This document shows positions 45,775-59,476 of a stretch of 64,000 bases of DNA, one piece after another. The notes beneath the pieces are model-generated. The model ran no database searches. It worked only from the letters and a program-made list of their open reading frames with translations, and was not told where the DNA came from. The stretch comes from Gammaproteobacteria bacterium (GTDB lineage: Bacteria > Pseudomonadota > Gammaproteobacteria > Ga0077536): positions 2,080,001-2,144,000 of the forward strand of contig CAXXLL010000002.1 in the NCBI GenBank assembly GCA_963662545.2, written 5' to 3'. Each line of letters starts with the position of its first letter. Position 1 is the stretch's first letter. Position numbers and translations under genes: made by a program.

Positions 45775-46050
45775 TCATGCTGACTCGGCGCGGCTCTCTT
45801 TCATGAGCAGATGCAGGTTCCTCAAATAAATGACGCTGTTCATGAGATGTCCCACGATGAAAACCGGATCCGTCCGGTACAGAGCGTAGGCCAAGAGCGT
45901 CAGGGAGCCGGCGATGCTGAAATACCAGAAGGTAATGGGAATGACGCTGCGCTGCATGCGTTCGCTAGTGATCCATTGGATCAGCCACCGGCACGAAAAC
46001 AGAAATTGACCGAATAGACCGATCCCTATCCATACCTGTTCCACTGTCAT
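45775..46050 (-). CDS. lipid A biosynthesis N-terminal (LAB_N) domain protein
   Basis: GQFLFSCRWLIQWITSE...SVIPITFWYFS...DPVFI...YLRNL. Confidence 0.88.
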   Translation of the reverse strand: MTVEQVWIGIGLFGQFLFSCRWLIQWITSERMQRSVIPITFWYFSIAGSLTLLAYALYRTDPVFIVGHLMNSVIYLRNLHLLMKESRAESA

Positions 46051-46814
46051 GAACTCGATTCCTCGGAATTAGAAGGTCCAAAAGCACGCCGGTTCAGCCA
46101 CATAACGCCCATCAAGTCGACGATACCGACGCCGAGCCGATTCCAGACGCCGTATTTAGAGTGCCCGCCAAGGCGCGGCCGGTGAGACACCGGCACTGAA
46201 ATGCTACGCCCCCCGCCGCGGCGGATCAGGGCCGGCAGAAACCGGTGCATATGATCGAAACGGGGCAGGCGCATGAAGGCGGTGCGACGGATGATCTTGA
46301 GTCCACATCCGGTATCGGGCGTACCATCGGCAAGCAGTCGTGAACGAACGCCATTCGCGACCCGCGAGGACACGCGGCGCAGTAGATTGTCTTGCCGGGC
46401 ACGTCGGTCCCCGCAGATGAGATCAGGCGCGCCGTCGGCAGGCGCTTCTTCCACGAGTCGGAGCAGGGTGGAAATATCCGCCGGATCATTCTGGCCGTCG
46501 CCGTCCAAGGTGATGATCCACTCACCGTGCGCGGCGTCGACGCCGCTGCAGATCGCCGCGCTCTGACCGCGGTTATGCCGGTGCACGACGACCACGATCC
46601 TGCCGTCGCTGCTTGCCTCGGCCGTTCGCAGCAGCTCGAGGGTACCGTCGTTACTACCGTCGTCTATCGCAACGATTTCGTAAGGCCCCGCGACCTCCAT
46701 CACTACGTTTATTTCCTCTAAAAGCGATGCAACGTTGTCTTTTTCGTCGTAAAACGTGACAACTACGGAGTAGACCGTTGCTGCATAATTCGAGGGGCTC
46801 GTCGTCTGGTTCAT
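46047..46814 (-). CDS. GT2 polyprenol-phosphate glycosyltransferase-like
   Basis: DDGSNDGT, GQSAA, LDGDGQNDPAD, DTGCGLK and HRFLPAL motifs. Confidence 0.88.
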   Translation of the reverse strand: MNQTTSPSNYAATVYSVVVTFYDEKDNVASLLEEINVVMEVAGPYEIVAIDDGSNDGTLELLRTAEASSDGRIVVVVHRHNRGQSAAICSGVDAAHGEWIITLDGDGQNDPADISTLLRLVEEAPADGAPDLICGDRRARQDNLLRRVSSRVANGVRSRLLADGTPDTGCGLKIIRRTAFMRLPRFDHMHRFLPALIRRGGGRSISVPVSHRPRLGGHSKYGVWNRLGVGIVDLMGVMWLNRRAFGPSNSEESSS

Positions 46815-46941
46815 GGACAACTTCTCGCCGGCTACGAAGGCGCCGGGTAACGGGCGGGGCGGGGCGTACCACAGCACGCATTTAATCGCCGCGCATTCTA
46901 TCAGGCATCGATCACTGCCACACGGCATGAATATTATGAGG

Positions 46942-46998
46942 GTAGGAGCGCGCCTGCGTGCGAACCGGTTGAGGAATCGCGTGCAAGCGCACTCCTAC
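46942..46998. repeat. GTAG-type REP doublet
   Basis: GTAGGAGCGCGCCTGCGTGCGA ... TCGCGTGCAAGCGCACTCCTAC. Confidence 0.75.
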
Positions 46999-47075
46999 GG
47001 TGCCGTGGTACAGGATGTCGCAGCCAGCTTGCGCGAGCATCGAATCCTGTTTCACAATGGCAGTGAGGAAAGCCA

Positions 47076-47624
47076 ATGGGCCATCGTCTATCAAAAATCT
47101 ACACGCGCACGGGCGATGACGGCACGACCGGGCTCGGTGACGGTACCCGTATCCCCAAAACCGGCGCCCGGTTGCGGGCGATCGGCGACATCGACGAACT
47201 GAATTGCTGCATCGGGCTTTTGATCGCCGACGGGGTTCGCGAGGACCTGGGTGCCACGCTGCTCGACATTCAACACGACCTGTTTGACCTCGGCGGCGAG
47301 TTGTCGATACCTGGAAGCGAATTCACTGGAGAGGCGGCAGTGGCCAAGATCGAGGCCGCGATCGATCACTACAACGAGGACCTGCCGCCCTTGAAGGAAT
47401 TCATTCTGCCGGGCGGCAGTCGGCAGGCCGCAAACTGCCATCTCGCGCGTGCCGTGTGCCGACGCGCGGAGCGCCACATCCTGAGCCTGGACGAAAACGA
47501 AAAGCTGAACCGCCAATCGCTCATGTACATCAATCGACTGTCAGATCTCCTGTTCGTGGCCGCGCGCGTCATCGCCCGTGAGTCCGGCGCGGGCGAGATT
47601 CTGTGGCAGCGCGATCGCGCCTGA
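47076..47624 (+). CDS. PduO-type cob(I)alamin adenosyltransferase
   Basis: KIYTRTGDDGTT, GDIDELN, FILPGG, CRRAER and NRLSDLLF motifs. Confidence 0.93.
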   Translation: MGHRLSKIYTRTGDDGTTGLGDGTRIPKTGARLRAIGDIDELNCCIGLLIADGVREDLGATLLDIQHDLFDLGGELSIPGSEFTGEAAVAKIEAAIDHYNEDLPPLKEFILPGGSRQAANCHLARAVCRRAERHILSLDENEKLNRQSLMYINRLSDLLFVAARVIARESGAGEILWQRDRA

Positions 47625-47635
47625 ACACACGCTCG

Positions 47636-47869
47636 CTAGCAGTCTGTCGGACTTAGGCAATCGTCGCGAGCAGAGTAGGAGAGCGAGGCCAAATGTTCAC
47701 GATTTTGAGGCGCATAGTGGTTCTATGTAACGAAAGATTCGTCTGGAACGAATCTTCGCGTCAGCCCCGAAGGGGTGAAGCTCAGGGACGCGCTGAACAA
47801 AAATCGTGGATATTTGGGCCGCTCTCCCATCTGCGTAGCAGATTGTTCCTAAGTCCGACAGGCTGCTAG
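47636..47869. mobile_element. MITE with CTAG ends and a nested hairpin segment
   Basis: ctagcagtctgtcggacttagg / cctaagtccgacaggctgctag (21/22 match); further inner symmetry. Confidence 0.82.
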
Positions 47870-47883
47870 GCCATGAATCTTAA

Positions 47884-47947
47884 TTCGCCCGCAAGCGGGC
47901 TTCTACGAGAGTAGTAACAGCACCGTAGGAGCCCGCTTACCGGCGAA
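47884..47947. repeat. GTAG-type REP pair
   Basis: ttcgcccgcaagcgggcttctac and gtaggagcccgcttaccggcgaa. Confidence 0.7.
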
Positions 47948-47971
47948 TAGAGGGCGGCATTCACCCGCCTG

Positions 47972-48604
47972 CTAACGTTCGCGCAATTCCATTACCGCGC
48001 CCTCGCGGTGAATGTCGAGCCGGTTGAGAAAAGACTGGCCGAGCAGGGGAACGCTGGGGAAATCGCCATCGATGACGGTTCCCCTGACGCGTTTGATGCG
48101 CAGTGAACGTATCTTGACCTCGTCGAGGATGACGCCGTAGCCGACGGCGAATCCCGATGCGGTTCGTACCGTATGTTTTTCGCCCTCTACGGCATAAGGT
48201 ATCCCGATCCGGCGGGCGGTATGCTTATTCATGGCCACCGAAGTCGCACCGGTATCGACTAAAAAGCGTACGGGGTTGCCGTTGATCTGGCCGTCGACGA
48301 AATAATGTCCACCATCACCGGGCACCAGACGTACGACTTTCGGTGCGGGCCCGGCGGGAATGGATCCGCTGATCTTGCCGTCGAGAGCCAATTCGAACAC
48401 GCGTCCTTCGATCTCAACTAGCGCCCGATTCGCATCGGCGTCGATGAGCCGCACACCTTCGGGTGAGGACTCGCCTTTCTTCAACACCCGTTGCATGCCA
48501 TCGATGCTGAGTAGGGCCTTACCCTTGAAAAGGCCGAGCGCAGTGACTTTTGGTTCACCGAGAGCGTCGGCAAAAAGCCCGATCAAGACGGCGACCACAA
48601 GCAC
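47972..48604 (-). CDS. retropepsin-like clan AA aspartic protease (start uncertain)
   Basis: GHYF..G.ING, FLVDTGAT, TASG and LLGQSFL motifs. Confidence 0.87.
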   Translation of the reverse strand: MLVVAVLIGLFADALGEPKVTALGLFKGKALLSIDGMQRVLKKGESSPEGVRLIDADANRALVEIEGRVFELALDGKISGSIPAGPAPKVVRLVPGDGGHYFVDGQINGNPVRFLVDTGATSVAMNKHTARRIGIPYAVEGEKHTVRTASGFAVGYGVILDEVKIRSLRIKRVRGTVIDGDFPSVPLLGQSFLNRLDIHREGAVMELRER

Positions 48605-48746
48605 ACGAATTCCGCACCTCGTCTCCTCGTACGTCGGGCCTTTTTGGGGCAGCAAGGCGCAAAACGCCCGCGACACATTTCTCACCATCCTGCTAGACTC
48701 GCGCGCTTCATTCGCTCCGGCGATTCGATTTAGAGGATTCCCTGTC

Positions 48747-49349
48747 ATGAAAGTTGCCTGCATCGATTTCGAAGGCGTGCTCGTGCCGGAAATCTGGATA
48801 AATCTCGCCGATCGCACGGGCATCAAAGCACTCGAACTCACCACCCGTGACATTCCGGACTACGACGAATTGATGACGTACCGGCTAAACATCATGTCCG
48901 AGCACCGCCTTGGTTTCAACGAAATCGAGGCGGCGGCCGCCGCGCTCGACCCCCTGCCGGGCGCCGCCGAGTTTCTGAGCTGGCTGAGAATTCATTTCCA
49001 GGTCGCAATTATTTCCGACACTTTCCACGAACTCGCCAAACCGCTGACGGCCAAACTCGGCCACCCGGTGATCCTATGCCACCGCCTGGAAATCAAATCC
49101 GACGGCAAGATCACCGGTTACATCATGCGGCAGGACGACCCCAAGCGGCGGGCAGTCGCAGCCTTCCAATCGCTGAATTACAAAGTCGTCGCAACCGGCG
49201 ATTCCTACAACGACATCAGCATGCTCGAGCAAGCGGATACCAGCATGCTCTTCAAGCCGTCGCACAAGGTGGTTGCCGACTACCCGGACATCGCTGTCGC
49301 GGATAATTACACTGAACTGCAGGAGATGTTCTCAGACGCGATCGATTGA
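48747..49349 (+). CDS. thrH: phosphoserine phosphatase / homoserine phosphotransferase
   Basis: DFEGVLVPEIW, TTRDIPDYDELM and GDSYNDISML motifs. Confidence 0.92.
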   Translation: MKVACIDFEGVLVPEIWINLADRTGIKALELTTRDIPDYDELMTYRLNIMSEHRLGFNEIEAAAAALDPLPGAAEFLSWLRIHFQVAIISDTFHELAKPLTAKLGHPVILCHRLEIKSDGKITGYIMRQDDPKRRAVAAFQSLNYKVVATGDSYNDISMLEQADTSMLFKPSHKVVADYPDIAVADNYTELQEMFSDAID

Positions 49350-49383
49350 CCGCACGCACCGACGTGCGTCGGAGCGACAAAAT

Positions 49384-49451
49384 TGAACCACAGAGAACAC
49401 AGAGATTAGTGAACAAAAGATATTGTATTTCTCTGTGTTCTCTGCAGTTCA
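49384..49451. repeat. CACAGAG-type palindromic repeat
   Basis: cagagaacacagaga / tctctgtgttctctg between convergent genes; related copy at 55303. Confidence 0.75.
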
Positions 49452-49494
49452 TTGCGAGGTTAAAAGGCTCGCCCGGTGAGATATCCGGGCCATG

Positions 49495-50451
49495 TCAATC
49501 TGCAGGCGGTGGATAGACCGAGGTGCTCGCCTCGCGGCTTACTTGGGAGAGATCCCAACGCGCCCGAGCCCAGGCCAGTAGTTCAAGCGGCGGACCGTGA
49601 ATGGCATCGGCCGGTGGATCGAATCCGAGAAATCTCACCGCGTGAAAGAGCGCCGGCCGCGCGTCTTCGGGCAGCACAGGCACGGCCCGGCTCTGCTTGC
49701 TCAATTTCCTACCCTGCCGGTCCACCACGACTGGAACGTGCGCGTAGCGTGGTTCGGGCAGTCCGAGTAGATGCTGAAGATGTATCTGTCGCAGCGTGGA
49801 ATCGATCAGGTCAGCGCCACGCACGACTTCGTTGACGCCCTGCCAGGCATCGTCTACGGCACAGGCCAGATGATAGGCAACGAAGCCGTCGGCACGGCGC
49901 ACGACGAAATCGCCGCAGTCGCTTTCGAGGTGCTGGACGATGCGCCCCTGAACCGCGTCGTGAAAGACGAGGGCGCGATCGTCGACGCGCACCCTCAGCG
50001 TGCGCCCGGCAGTGCCCGGCGGCAGTCCTTGCCGGCAGGTGCCGGGATACCGGCTGCCGTCGAGATCGCGTCGCGTGCACGCGCAAGGGAAAACGGCGCC
50101 GTCCCCCTCAAGCGTCTCGAGCGCGGCTTTGTAGGCGTCGCCGCGCGTACTTTGGTACACAACCTCACCGTCCCAATGCAGTTCGAGCGCTTCAAGTGTA
50201 CGCAGGATCGCGGCGGCTGCGCCGGGCTCTTCGCGCGGCGGATCGAGGTCATCGATCCGCACCAGCCAACGACCTGCATGCGCCCGTGCCTCGAGAAAGC
50301 TCGCCAGCGCCGCCACTACGGATCCGAAATGTAGCGGCCCGGTGGGTGACGGCGCGAAACGCCCGGTGATGACGGACACGGCGATGGAGTCCCTTCGAAT
50401 GTCAGGGTGAAACGTTGCCCGAGAAATGTTCGCAGTACATGCTCGTCGCAC
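49495..50451 (-). CDS. gluQ: tRNA glutamyl-Q(34) synthetase (start uncertain)
   Basis: GRFAPSPTGPLHFGS, CACTR, YPGTCR, RGADL and KLSKQ; no anticodon-binding domain. Confidence 0.92.
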   Translation of the reverse strand: MRRACTANISRATFHPDIRRDSIAVSVITGRFAPSPTGPLHFGSVVAALASFLEARAHAGRWLVRIDDLDPPREEPGAAAAILRTLEALELHWDGEVVYQSTRGDAYKAALETLEGDGAVFPCACTRRDLDGSRYPGTCRQGLPPGTAGRTLRVRVDDRALVFHDAVQGRIVQHLESDCGDFVVRRADGFVAYHLACAVDDAWQGVNEVVRGADLIDSTLRQIHLQHLLGLPEPRYAHVPVVVDRQGRKLSKQSRAVPVLPEDARPALFHAVRFLGFDPPADAIHGPPLELLAWARARWDLSQVSREASTSVYPPPAD

Positions 50452-51142
50452 CCGCTACCCCGACTGGGATTGCGAGGAAGTTGACGATCGGAATGATGGT
50501 CAGAAACGTAATGGAGCCGCCGAAGCCGAGCGCCAGGCGCCGTTGCGCGCGCATTTCCTCGATCACCGTCGGAAACAGGCGTCCGTGATTTCCCAATGGA
50601 CAGTCAAGATATTCCATACTCAGCATCCATGCGCCGAATAAAAACCACAGCATTGGGGCGACCACGTTGACTCCGGGTATCAAGCTGATCACCACTAGCG
50701 GCAGGGCGCGCAACACGATATAGATCAGCTTGCGCAATTCCGCGCGGATGGAGCGTGCCGCCTCATTCAGCAAACGCGACCACGAGAATGCCGGTGTTTC
50801 CATCTGTGGATTGAGATGATGCTCAACGGCTTCCGCCAGCATACTGTTGAATGGACCGGCGATAAGATTTGCGAGCAGAGAGAATGTGAAAAAGACGCTG
50901 ATCGCCGCGAGGAGTCCCAAGATCAACCACAAGATCCAGCGGATCCATTCGGGCCAGTCGGCCAGGTAGCGGTCGAGTCCATAATCGACCGCCATCCCTA
51001 CGGCGCTCAGCGCCAGCACGAAAACCACGATATTGATCAAAAGCGGAATCGCGACGAAAATCCGCACGCCGGGTTGCGTGATGAGCCTGAATCCGCGCAA
51101 GGCATGGCGCATGCCCTGCATGAGCCCCGTGCCGGCGCTCAT
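50402..51142 (-). CDS. cysZ: CysZ/EI24 family membrane protein
   Basis: PLLINI, NLIAGPFNSMLAEAVE, EYLDCP and IPVGVAGAT motifs. Confidence 0.88.
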   Translation of the reverse strand: MSAGTGLMQGMRHALRGFRLITQPGVRIFVAIPLLINIVVFVLALSAVGMAVDYGLDRYLADWPEWIRWILWLILGLLAAISVFFTFSLLANLIAGPFNSMLAEAVEHHLNPQMETPAFSWSRLLNEAARSIRAELRKLIYIVLRALPLVVISLIPGVNVVAPMLWFLFGAWMLSMEYLDCPLGNHGRLFPTVIEEMRAQRRLALGFGGSITFLTIIPIVNFLAIPVGVAGATSMYCEHFSGNVSP

Positions 51143-51534
51143 GGAACCGGCAGCACGCTGTCAGCCGCCGGCGTCCAGCCGGTTTGCCGGTATTCCGTGA
51201 TGATCGTCGGGTAGGTCCCCCCGCGCACGTTGAACGCCGCGGTCATGCGCGCGTAGCGGGGCGCGCAGGCGGCCACTACGTCGTCGAGTATCGCGTTCGT
51301 CACCGCTTCGTGGAACGCGGCTTCGTCGCGGTACGACCAGATGTAAAGCTTGAGCGCCTTGAGTTCCAGACAAGTCTGGTCCGGAATGTACTCGATCTTC
51401 ATGTCGGCGAAATCCGGCTGCCCGGTGAGTGGGCACAAACAGGTGAACTCCGGCAGACGGATGCTGATCAGGAAGTCGCGCTCGGGCTTCGGGTTCGCGA
51501 ATGTGTCGAGTTCCCGTACGGGTTTCAGGGCCAT
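51139..51534 (-). CDS. queF: preQ1 synthase (single-domain QueF)
   Basis: PEFTCLCPLTGQPDFA, ELKALKLY, FHE and FNVRGG motifs. Confidence 0.93.
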   Translation of the reverse strand: MALKPVRELDTFANPKPERDFLISIRLPEFTCLCPLTGQPDFADMKIEYIPDQTCLELKALKLYIWSYRDEAAFHEAVTNAILDDVVAACAPRYARMTAAFNVRGGTYPTIITEYRQTGWTPAADSVLPVP

Positions 51535-51728
51535 GGCCGCGTTCGATGAAGGCTGAAAATTGGCGCTAACCTTACCACACGGCGCGTTTGCCAACGGCCA
51601 CCACTCGAGACGCAGAACGGGTTCGAGCAAGCCTTCTTTTCTTCACCGAAAACAGTTCGTTAGTCGTCGTCAATTCGACGCCCGGCGGCGTTGTGCCGGC
51701 GGATCACGATGGGGTATGCTGTGCCTCC

Positions 51729-54700
51729 ATGCGCATCACACGAATTAAGCTCTCAGGCTTCAAATCGTTCGTCGATCCCACCACTCTAACCCTCCCCGGA
51801 AACCTCACTGGCGTCGTCGGCCCCAACGGCTGCGGCAAGTCCAATATTATCGATGCGCTCATCTGGGTCATGGGGGAAAGTTCCGCCAAGCATCTGCGGG
51901 GCGATTCGATGTCGGACGTTATTTTCAACGGATCCAACACTCGAAAGCCGGTCGGTCAGGCGACCGTTGAGATCATCTTCGACAATACCGACGGCACGAT
52001 CGGCGGACAGTACGCCGGATTCGGCGAAATTTCGATCAAACGCACCGTAGGGCGCGATGGCATTTCGTCCTATTTCCTGAACGGCGGACGCTGCCGCCGC
52101 AAGGACGTCACCAACATCTTTCTGGGAACCGGTATCGGCGCGCGCGGCTATTCGGTGATCGAACAAGGCATGATCTCGCGAGTGATCGAGGCGAAGCCGG
52201 AGGAGTTACGTTCGTTCCTGGAGGAAGCCGCCGGCATTTCCAAATATAAGGAGCGGCGCCGTGAGACCGAGACCCGCATGCGCCACACCCGTGAGAATAT
52301 CGAGCGCCTCGACGATATCCGTGAAGAATTGGACAAGCAGTTGGCACATCTGCAGCGTCAGGCACGAGGCGCCGAGCGCTATCAGAAACTGAAAGCGGAA
52401 GAAAGGCACGCCCAAGGGCGCCTGTTGGCCGTACGCTGGCGCGCGCTGGACGCCGAGCGTATCGAATGCAAGCAACGTGTCGAGGAGCGCGCTAACGAAG
52501 TTGAAGCCAAGGCCGCAGGACTTCGCGATATCGAGGCGCGCCAGACAGGCTACCGTGAAGCACAAACCGAAGCGACGGAAAAATTCAATCAGGTACAGAC
52601 GGAGTTCTACGCCAAAAGCGCCGACATCTCGCGACTGGAGCAGGCGCTTAAACACGCCGACGAACTAGAGCAATCCCTCAGGGGTGATCTCGAGGAAACG
52701 AATGCCTCGCAAGAAGACCTGTCCCGCCTGGTGAAAACCGACCGTGTACAACGAGACGCAATCGACGAAAAACTGCAGATGCTCGAGCCACGTTTCAACC
52801 AGCACAGAGATGCCGGGACCGAAGTCTACGAAGCCGTCCGAGCGGTCGAAGCACGCATGACGCAATGGCAAAACGACTGGGATTTATTCAACGCCGCGCA
52901 TACCGAGCTGGCACAGCGTGAACATGCGGCCCAGATCCGGCTGGAACACCTGTTGGAGGACGTCGCCGATGCACACACCCGCAGCTCCTTCCTGAACGAC
53001 GAAGCCTCGCGCAACGACACTTCTGATCTGTCGTCACAACGTGATCAACTCCGTTCGGAGTTGGGCCAGGCCGAGGAACTGCGCGCTCAGACCAAGGTCG
53101 AGCGCGATGCGCTGCGCGCCAAGTTGTCGCAGAACTGGAGCGCCGCGCAAACTCTGGGAGCTTCTTTACACAATCACCAAGCGCACCTGCAAGAGCAGCG
53201 CGGACGTCTCGCGTCGCTCAAGGCGTTGCAGGAAGCCGCCTACGGCGGTGACCAGGAACGGGTTCAAGCCTGGTTCGAAGAAAAAGGGATCTCCGATCTC
53301 GCGCGACTCGTAGAATTCGTCGACGTCGAGACCGGCTGGGAGCGGGCGCTCGAAGCCGCCCTGCGCATTCCCCTCGGCGCCGTCTGCGGTGAGAACCTCG
53401 TCGGGCGACTGTTGGACACCGACCGCGGTCGGCCGCACACCTCGGCGATCACGGTAGTGGAAACGAATTCGAATTTGAACGCGACATCCGGCGCCCCCCC
53501 GGAGTCGCTCGCCAGCAAAGTGACGGGCCCGATCGATCTCGAACCCCTGCTGCACGGAGTATTCGCGGCTGCCAGCGTGGACGAGGCGAAATCGATTCGT
53601 GAGCGAATGGCCGCGCACGAGTTGGTCGTGCTGCCCGACGGCACGATGTTCGGTCGCAACTGGATACAGCTACCGGCCGCGGGCGATGAATCAGAAGGAA
53701 TCCTGTCGCGCGATCGCTTGATCGCTCACCTCGAGGCGAAGATCGAAAAGAACGACGCCGAGACCGCCGAGCTCCGCGCCCAGATCGATCTTTCACAGGC
53801 CCGTCTCAAAGAACTCGAGCAGCAGGAGCACGAAGTAAGCGAACGGCTGGAAATCGAGGATCGTGAAATTACCGCGCAGCGTACTGAGTTCGGACGGCTG
53901 GAAGCAGAATACCAGCGCAGGCAGGCGCGCACCTCGGACGTCGCCCGTGAACTGGAGAGACTGTCGGCGGAATCGGACGAGAATCGGGAGGCGATCGAAG
54001 CGCTCGAGCAGGACCTTAGTCTGGCATCGGCCCAGCTCGCCGAACACGCCGAACGGCGGGAGCAACTCAGCGGCACGCGGGGGGAAATTCAGCAGGAACT
54101 CGACGCTTCCAGGGAGCGTTGGCGCGATGCGCGCGAGTCGACGCACAGCCTGGAACTGGAGCTGGAACATGCAAAATCCCAGCTCGCGACCTTGGCTAGC
54201 AATATCGAGCGCAATATCACGGCCAAGAATCAACTGGAGCAACGATGTACGGAGATCGAACAGGCCATTGCTGCAATGAAAGCGCCGCGCGCAGAAATGA
54301 AAGCACAACTCGAACAGGCCTTGAAAGCCCGGCTCGATGCTGAGCGCCGCTTGAACGAGGCTCGCGAGGCACTCGGTGGCCTCGATGACGATCTCCATAA
54401 ATCGGCTGCAGCACGGGCCGAAATCGAACAGGCCATTGCCGAGCGTCGACGGCGCCTGGAGCAGGTACGCCTCGATCAGCGCGCGCTCGAAGTGCGGTTA
54501 CAAGAATTGATGGGCCGGTTCGACACCACCGGCGAAAATTTTGACGCGATCGCGGCGACCTTGAGCGACGAGGATAGTGAACAGAGCGTTCAGAGCGAAC
54601 TCGAACGGGTCGCGAACCGCATCGCGCGGCTCGGTCCGATCAATCTCGCCGCGATCGATGAATACTCACAATTGTCGGAGCGTAAGGCCTATCTCGACAA

Positions 54701-55247
54701 ACAACACGAAGACCTGGCCACAGCACTCGATACGCTAACGGAAGCGATACGCAAAATCGACCGCGAAACACGCACGCGCTTCAAAGAAACCTATGACAAG
54801 GTCAATAACGGTCTGCAGGCAATGTTCCCGATCCTGTTCGGCGGCGGCCACGCTTATTTGGAGATGACCGGCGAGGATTTACTGGAAACCGGCGTAACCG
54901 TCATGGCGCGCCCGCCCGGCAAGCGTAACAGCAACATTCATCTGCTTTCAGGTGGCGAAAAGGCGCTGACTGCGCTGGCTTTCATATTCGCGATCTTCGA
55001 AATGAGCCCGGCGCCGTTCTGCCTGCTCGACGAAGTCGATGCGCCGCTGGACGACGCCAATGTCGTGCGCCTGTGTGAAATGCTGATATCGATGTCGAAA
55101 TCGGTTCAGTTTTTGTTCGTCACGCACAATAAGATCACGATGGAAATCGCTGCACAAATTATCGGCGTGACGATGCAGGAAGCCGGTGTTTCCCGGCTCG
55201 TTTCGGTCAACATGGAGGAGGCCGTGGAATTGGCGGCGACCGCGTGA
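51729..55247 (+). CDS. smc: chromosome segregation protein SMC
   Basis: GFKSF, GPNGCGKSN, coiled coils and hinge, LSGGEKAL and LDEVDAPLD. Confidence 0.96.
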   Translation: MRITRIKLSGFKSFVDPTTLTLPGNLTGVVGPNGCGKSNIIDALIWVMGESSAKHLRGDSMSDVIFNGSNTRKPVGQATVEIIFDNTDGTIGGQYAGFGEISIKRTVGRDGISSYFLNGGRCRRKDVTNIFLGTGIGARGYSVIEQGMISRVIEAKPEELRSFLEEAAGISKYKERRRETETRMRHTRENIERLDDIREELDKQLAHLQRQARGAERYQKLKAEERHAQGRLLAVRWRALDAERIECKQRVEERANEVEAKAAGLRDIEARQTGYREAQTEATEKFNQVQTEFYAKSADISRLEQALKHADELEQSLRGDLEETNASQEDLSRLVKTDRVQRDAIDEKLQMLEPRFNQHRDAGTEVYEAVRAVEARMTQWQNDWDLFNAAHTELAQREHAAQIRLEHLLEDVADAHTRSSFLNDEASRNDTSDLSSQRDQLRSELGQAEELRAQTKVERDALRAKLSQNWSAAQTLGASLHNHQAHLQEQRGRLASLKALQEAAYGGDQERVQAWFEEKGISDLARLVEFVDVETGWERALEAALRIPLGAVCGENLVGRLLDTDRGRPHTSAITVVETNSNLNATSGAPPESLASKVTGPIDLEPLLHGVFAAASVDEAKSIRERMAAHELVVLPDGTMFGRNWIQLPAAGDESEGILSRDRLIAHLEAKIEKNDAETAELRAQIDLSQARLKELEQQEHEVSERLEIEDREITAQRTEFGRLEAEYQRRQARTSDVARELERLSAESDENREAIEALEQDLSLASAQLAEHAERREQLSGTRGEIQQELDASRERWRDARESTHSLELELEHAKSQLATLASNIERNITAKNQLEQRCTEIEQAIAAMKAPRAEMKAQLEQALKARLDAERRLNEAREALGGLDDDLHKSAAARAEIEQAIAERRRRLEQVRLDQRALEVRLQELMGRFDTTGENFDAIAATLSDEDSEQSVQSELERVANRIARLGPINLAAIDEYSQLSERKAYLDKQHEDLATALDTLTEAIRKIDRETRTRFKETYDKVNNGLQAMFPILFGGGHAYLEMTGEDLLETGVTVMARPPGKRNSNIHLLSGGEKALTALAFIFAIFEMSPAPFCLLDEVDAPLDDANVVRLCEMLISMSKSVQFLFVTHNKITMEIAAQIIGVTMQEAGVSRLVSVNMEEAVELAATA

Positions 55248-55302
55248 CGCGGTCTTGATGTTAGGACGCTTTGTTGTTTGAATCGCTAATACGGTCGCAA
55301 TG

Positions 55303-55392
55303 AACCACAGAGATCACAGAGGACACAAAGAAAGTAGAAAAGACCGTTTACAGATCACAAATATAATGCATTTCTCTGTGATCTCTGTGGTT
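55303..55392. repeat. CACAGAG-type palindromic repeat
   Basis: aaccacagagatcacagag / ctctgtgatctctgtggtt, a 19-bp perfect inverted repeat. Confidence 0.8.
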
Positions 55393-55472
55393 TTATTTTA
55401 TTGTACCGCTCCGTTATACGGCTGCGTACCAGTGCACCGTCTAAGATCCTACCTATGAAGCGCCGTTAACGC

Positions 55473-59218
<3,746 letters not shown>

Positions 59219-59260
59219 GCTGTTCGATCGTGTCGGCTAACCGTCAACGGCAGCGATCGA

Positions 59261-59276
59261 TGCGAGTTTCGTGCCA
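59261..59276 (-). promoter_or_regulatory. sigma54 (-24/-12) promoter
   Basis: Minus strand TGGCACG-AAAC-TCGCA, 43 bp upstream of the GGDEF start. Confidence 0.7.
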
Positions 59277-59400
59277 AGCGAATACCGGGAACTCGCCGCA
59301 AAAAGCAAGATATTTATCGTAACAGGTTGTTTATTATTGACTATTTGTCTATTTAGGGGGGGCTAAATACGAACGGTAACCATTTTTTTACTGGATAAAA

Positions 59401-59414
59401 GTCAATTTTTTGAC
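59401..59414. promoter_or_regulatory. FleQ-like enhancer box
   Basis: GTCAATTTTTTGAC (reverse complement GTCAAAAAATTGAC), about 125 bp upstream of the sigma54 site. Confidence 0.6.
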
Positions 59415-59476
59415 GCCCGAGCGGAACCCGCGGGACCTGTCCAAACGCCGGCGCGGCAAAAAATGCCGGGCTCAGA

